NCBI RefSeq assembly: GCF_004010195.1
Contig: NC_057718.1
Span: 77,364,312 to 77,428,311, forward strand
Source: Chiloscyllium plagiosum
Taxonomy: Eukaryota
Reading direction: 5' to 3'
DNA length: 64,000 nt
The translations under genes and the position numbers were made by a program. Within the stretch, counting starts at the first letter, position 1; every line of letters starts with the position of its first letter. Under the pieces are notes generated by a model. It made no database searches. It was given only the letters and a program-made list of their open reading frames with translations, and was not told where the DNA came from. This document shows positions 63,451-64,000 of the stretch, piece by piece.

Positions 63451-64000
63451 TTGCCAGGTATCCAACCTGACTTTTATTTGGAGAATTTTTGACATCTAGG
63501 TTACTTGTTTCATTTGGTATTACAGAAAGTTGAATATCAATAAGGTGAGTGTTTTTTAAATTCATTTTTGTAGGATATGTGCACCACTGGTGGGCCAGCA
63601 TTTATTGCCCATCTCTAGCTGCCCTTGAGAAAGTGGTGGTTAGCTTCCTTCTTGAACTGGTGTAATCCATCTGCTGTGGGTTGACCCACAATGCCATTAG
63701 GGAGGGAATTCCAGGATTTTGATACAGCAACAGTGAAGGAACAGTGACATATTTCCACTTCAGGATGGTGCTTGGCTTGGAGTGGAACTTGAAATGGTCA
63801 TGTTCCCATATTTTTGTTGGCCTTCTTCTCCTAGATGGAAGTAGTATTGGGTTTGGAAGGTACTGTCTGAGGATCTTTAATGAATTTCTGCAGTGCATCT
63901 TGTAGATAATACACACTGCTGCTACTGAGCATGGGGGGTTGGAGGGAGTGGATACTTATAGATGGAGTGCCATTCAAGCCGGCTACTTTGTCCTGGATGG

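Overview
Repeat-dense vertebrate genomic DNA, most likely from a shark or other elasmobranch (inferred from HE1/V-SINE-like elements and CR1-like LINEs). There is one N-gap (40835-40995). The only recognisable host gene is UNC93A on the minus strand: its last four coding exons (62055-61844, 54465-54330, 50392-50261, 37380-37028) have GT-AG splice sites and join in frame. Downstream of the gene lie two decayed retroviral-type elements. (i) A class I, HERV-I/ERV3-like provirus (730-9638) with LTRs, a tRNA-Pro PBS, gag/pol/env remnants, about 3 kb of non-viral DNA inside, and a 170-213 bp flanking duplication. (ii) A minus-strand element (about 16500-10750) with a spuma/loki-like RT and two RNase H domains. 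The rest is CR1 and Tx1 LINEs, SINEs, solo LTRs, PIF/Harbinger fossils and many Penelope-like elements (PLEs). The most notable signals are minimal hammerhead-ribozyme cores in three PLE families, including ORF-less fold-back inserts with 11-17 bp TSDs, and a tRNA-derived SINE array with a 3-unit higher-order repeat. Everything was read by eye. Boundaries of decayed repeats are approximate, and family assignments rest on motif recognition, not database searches.
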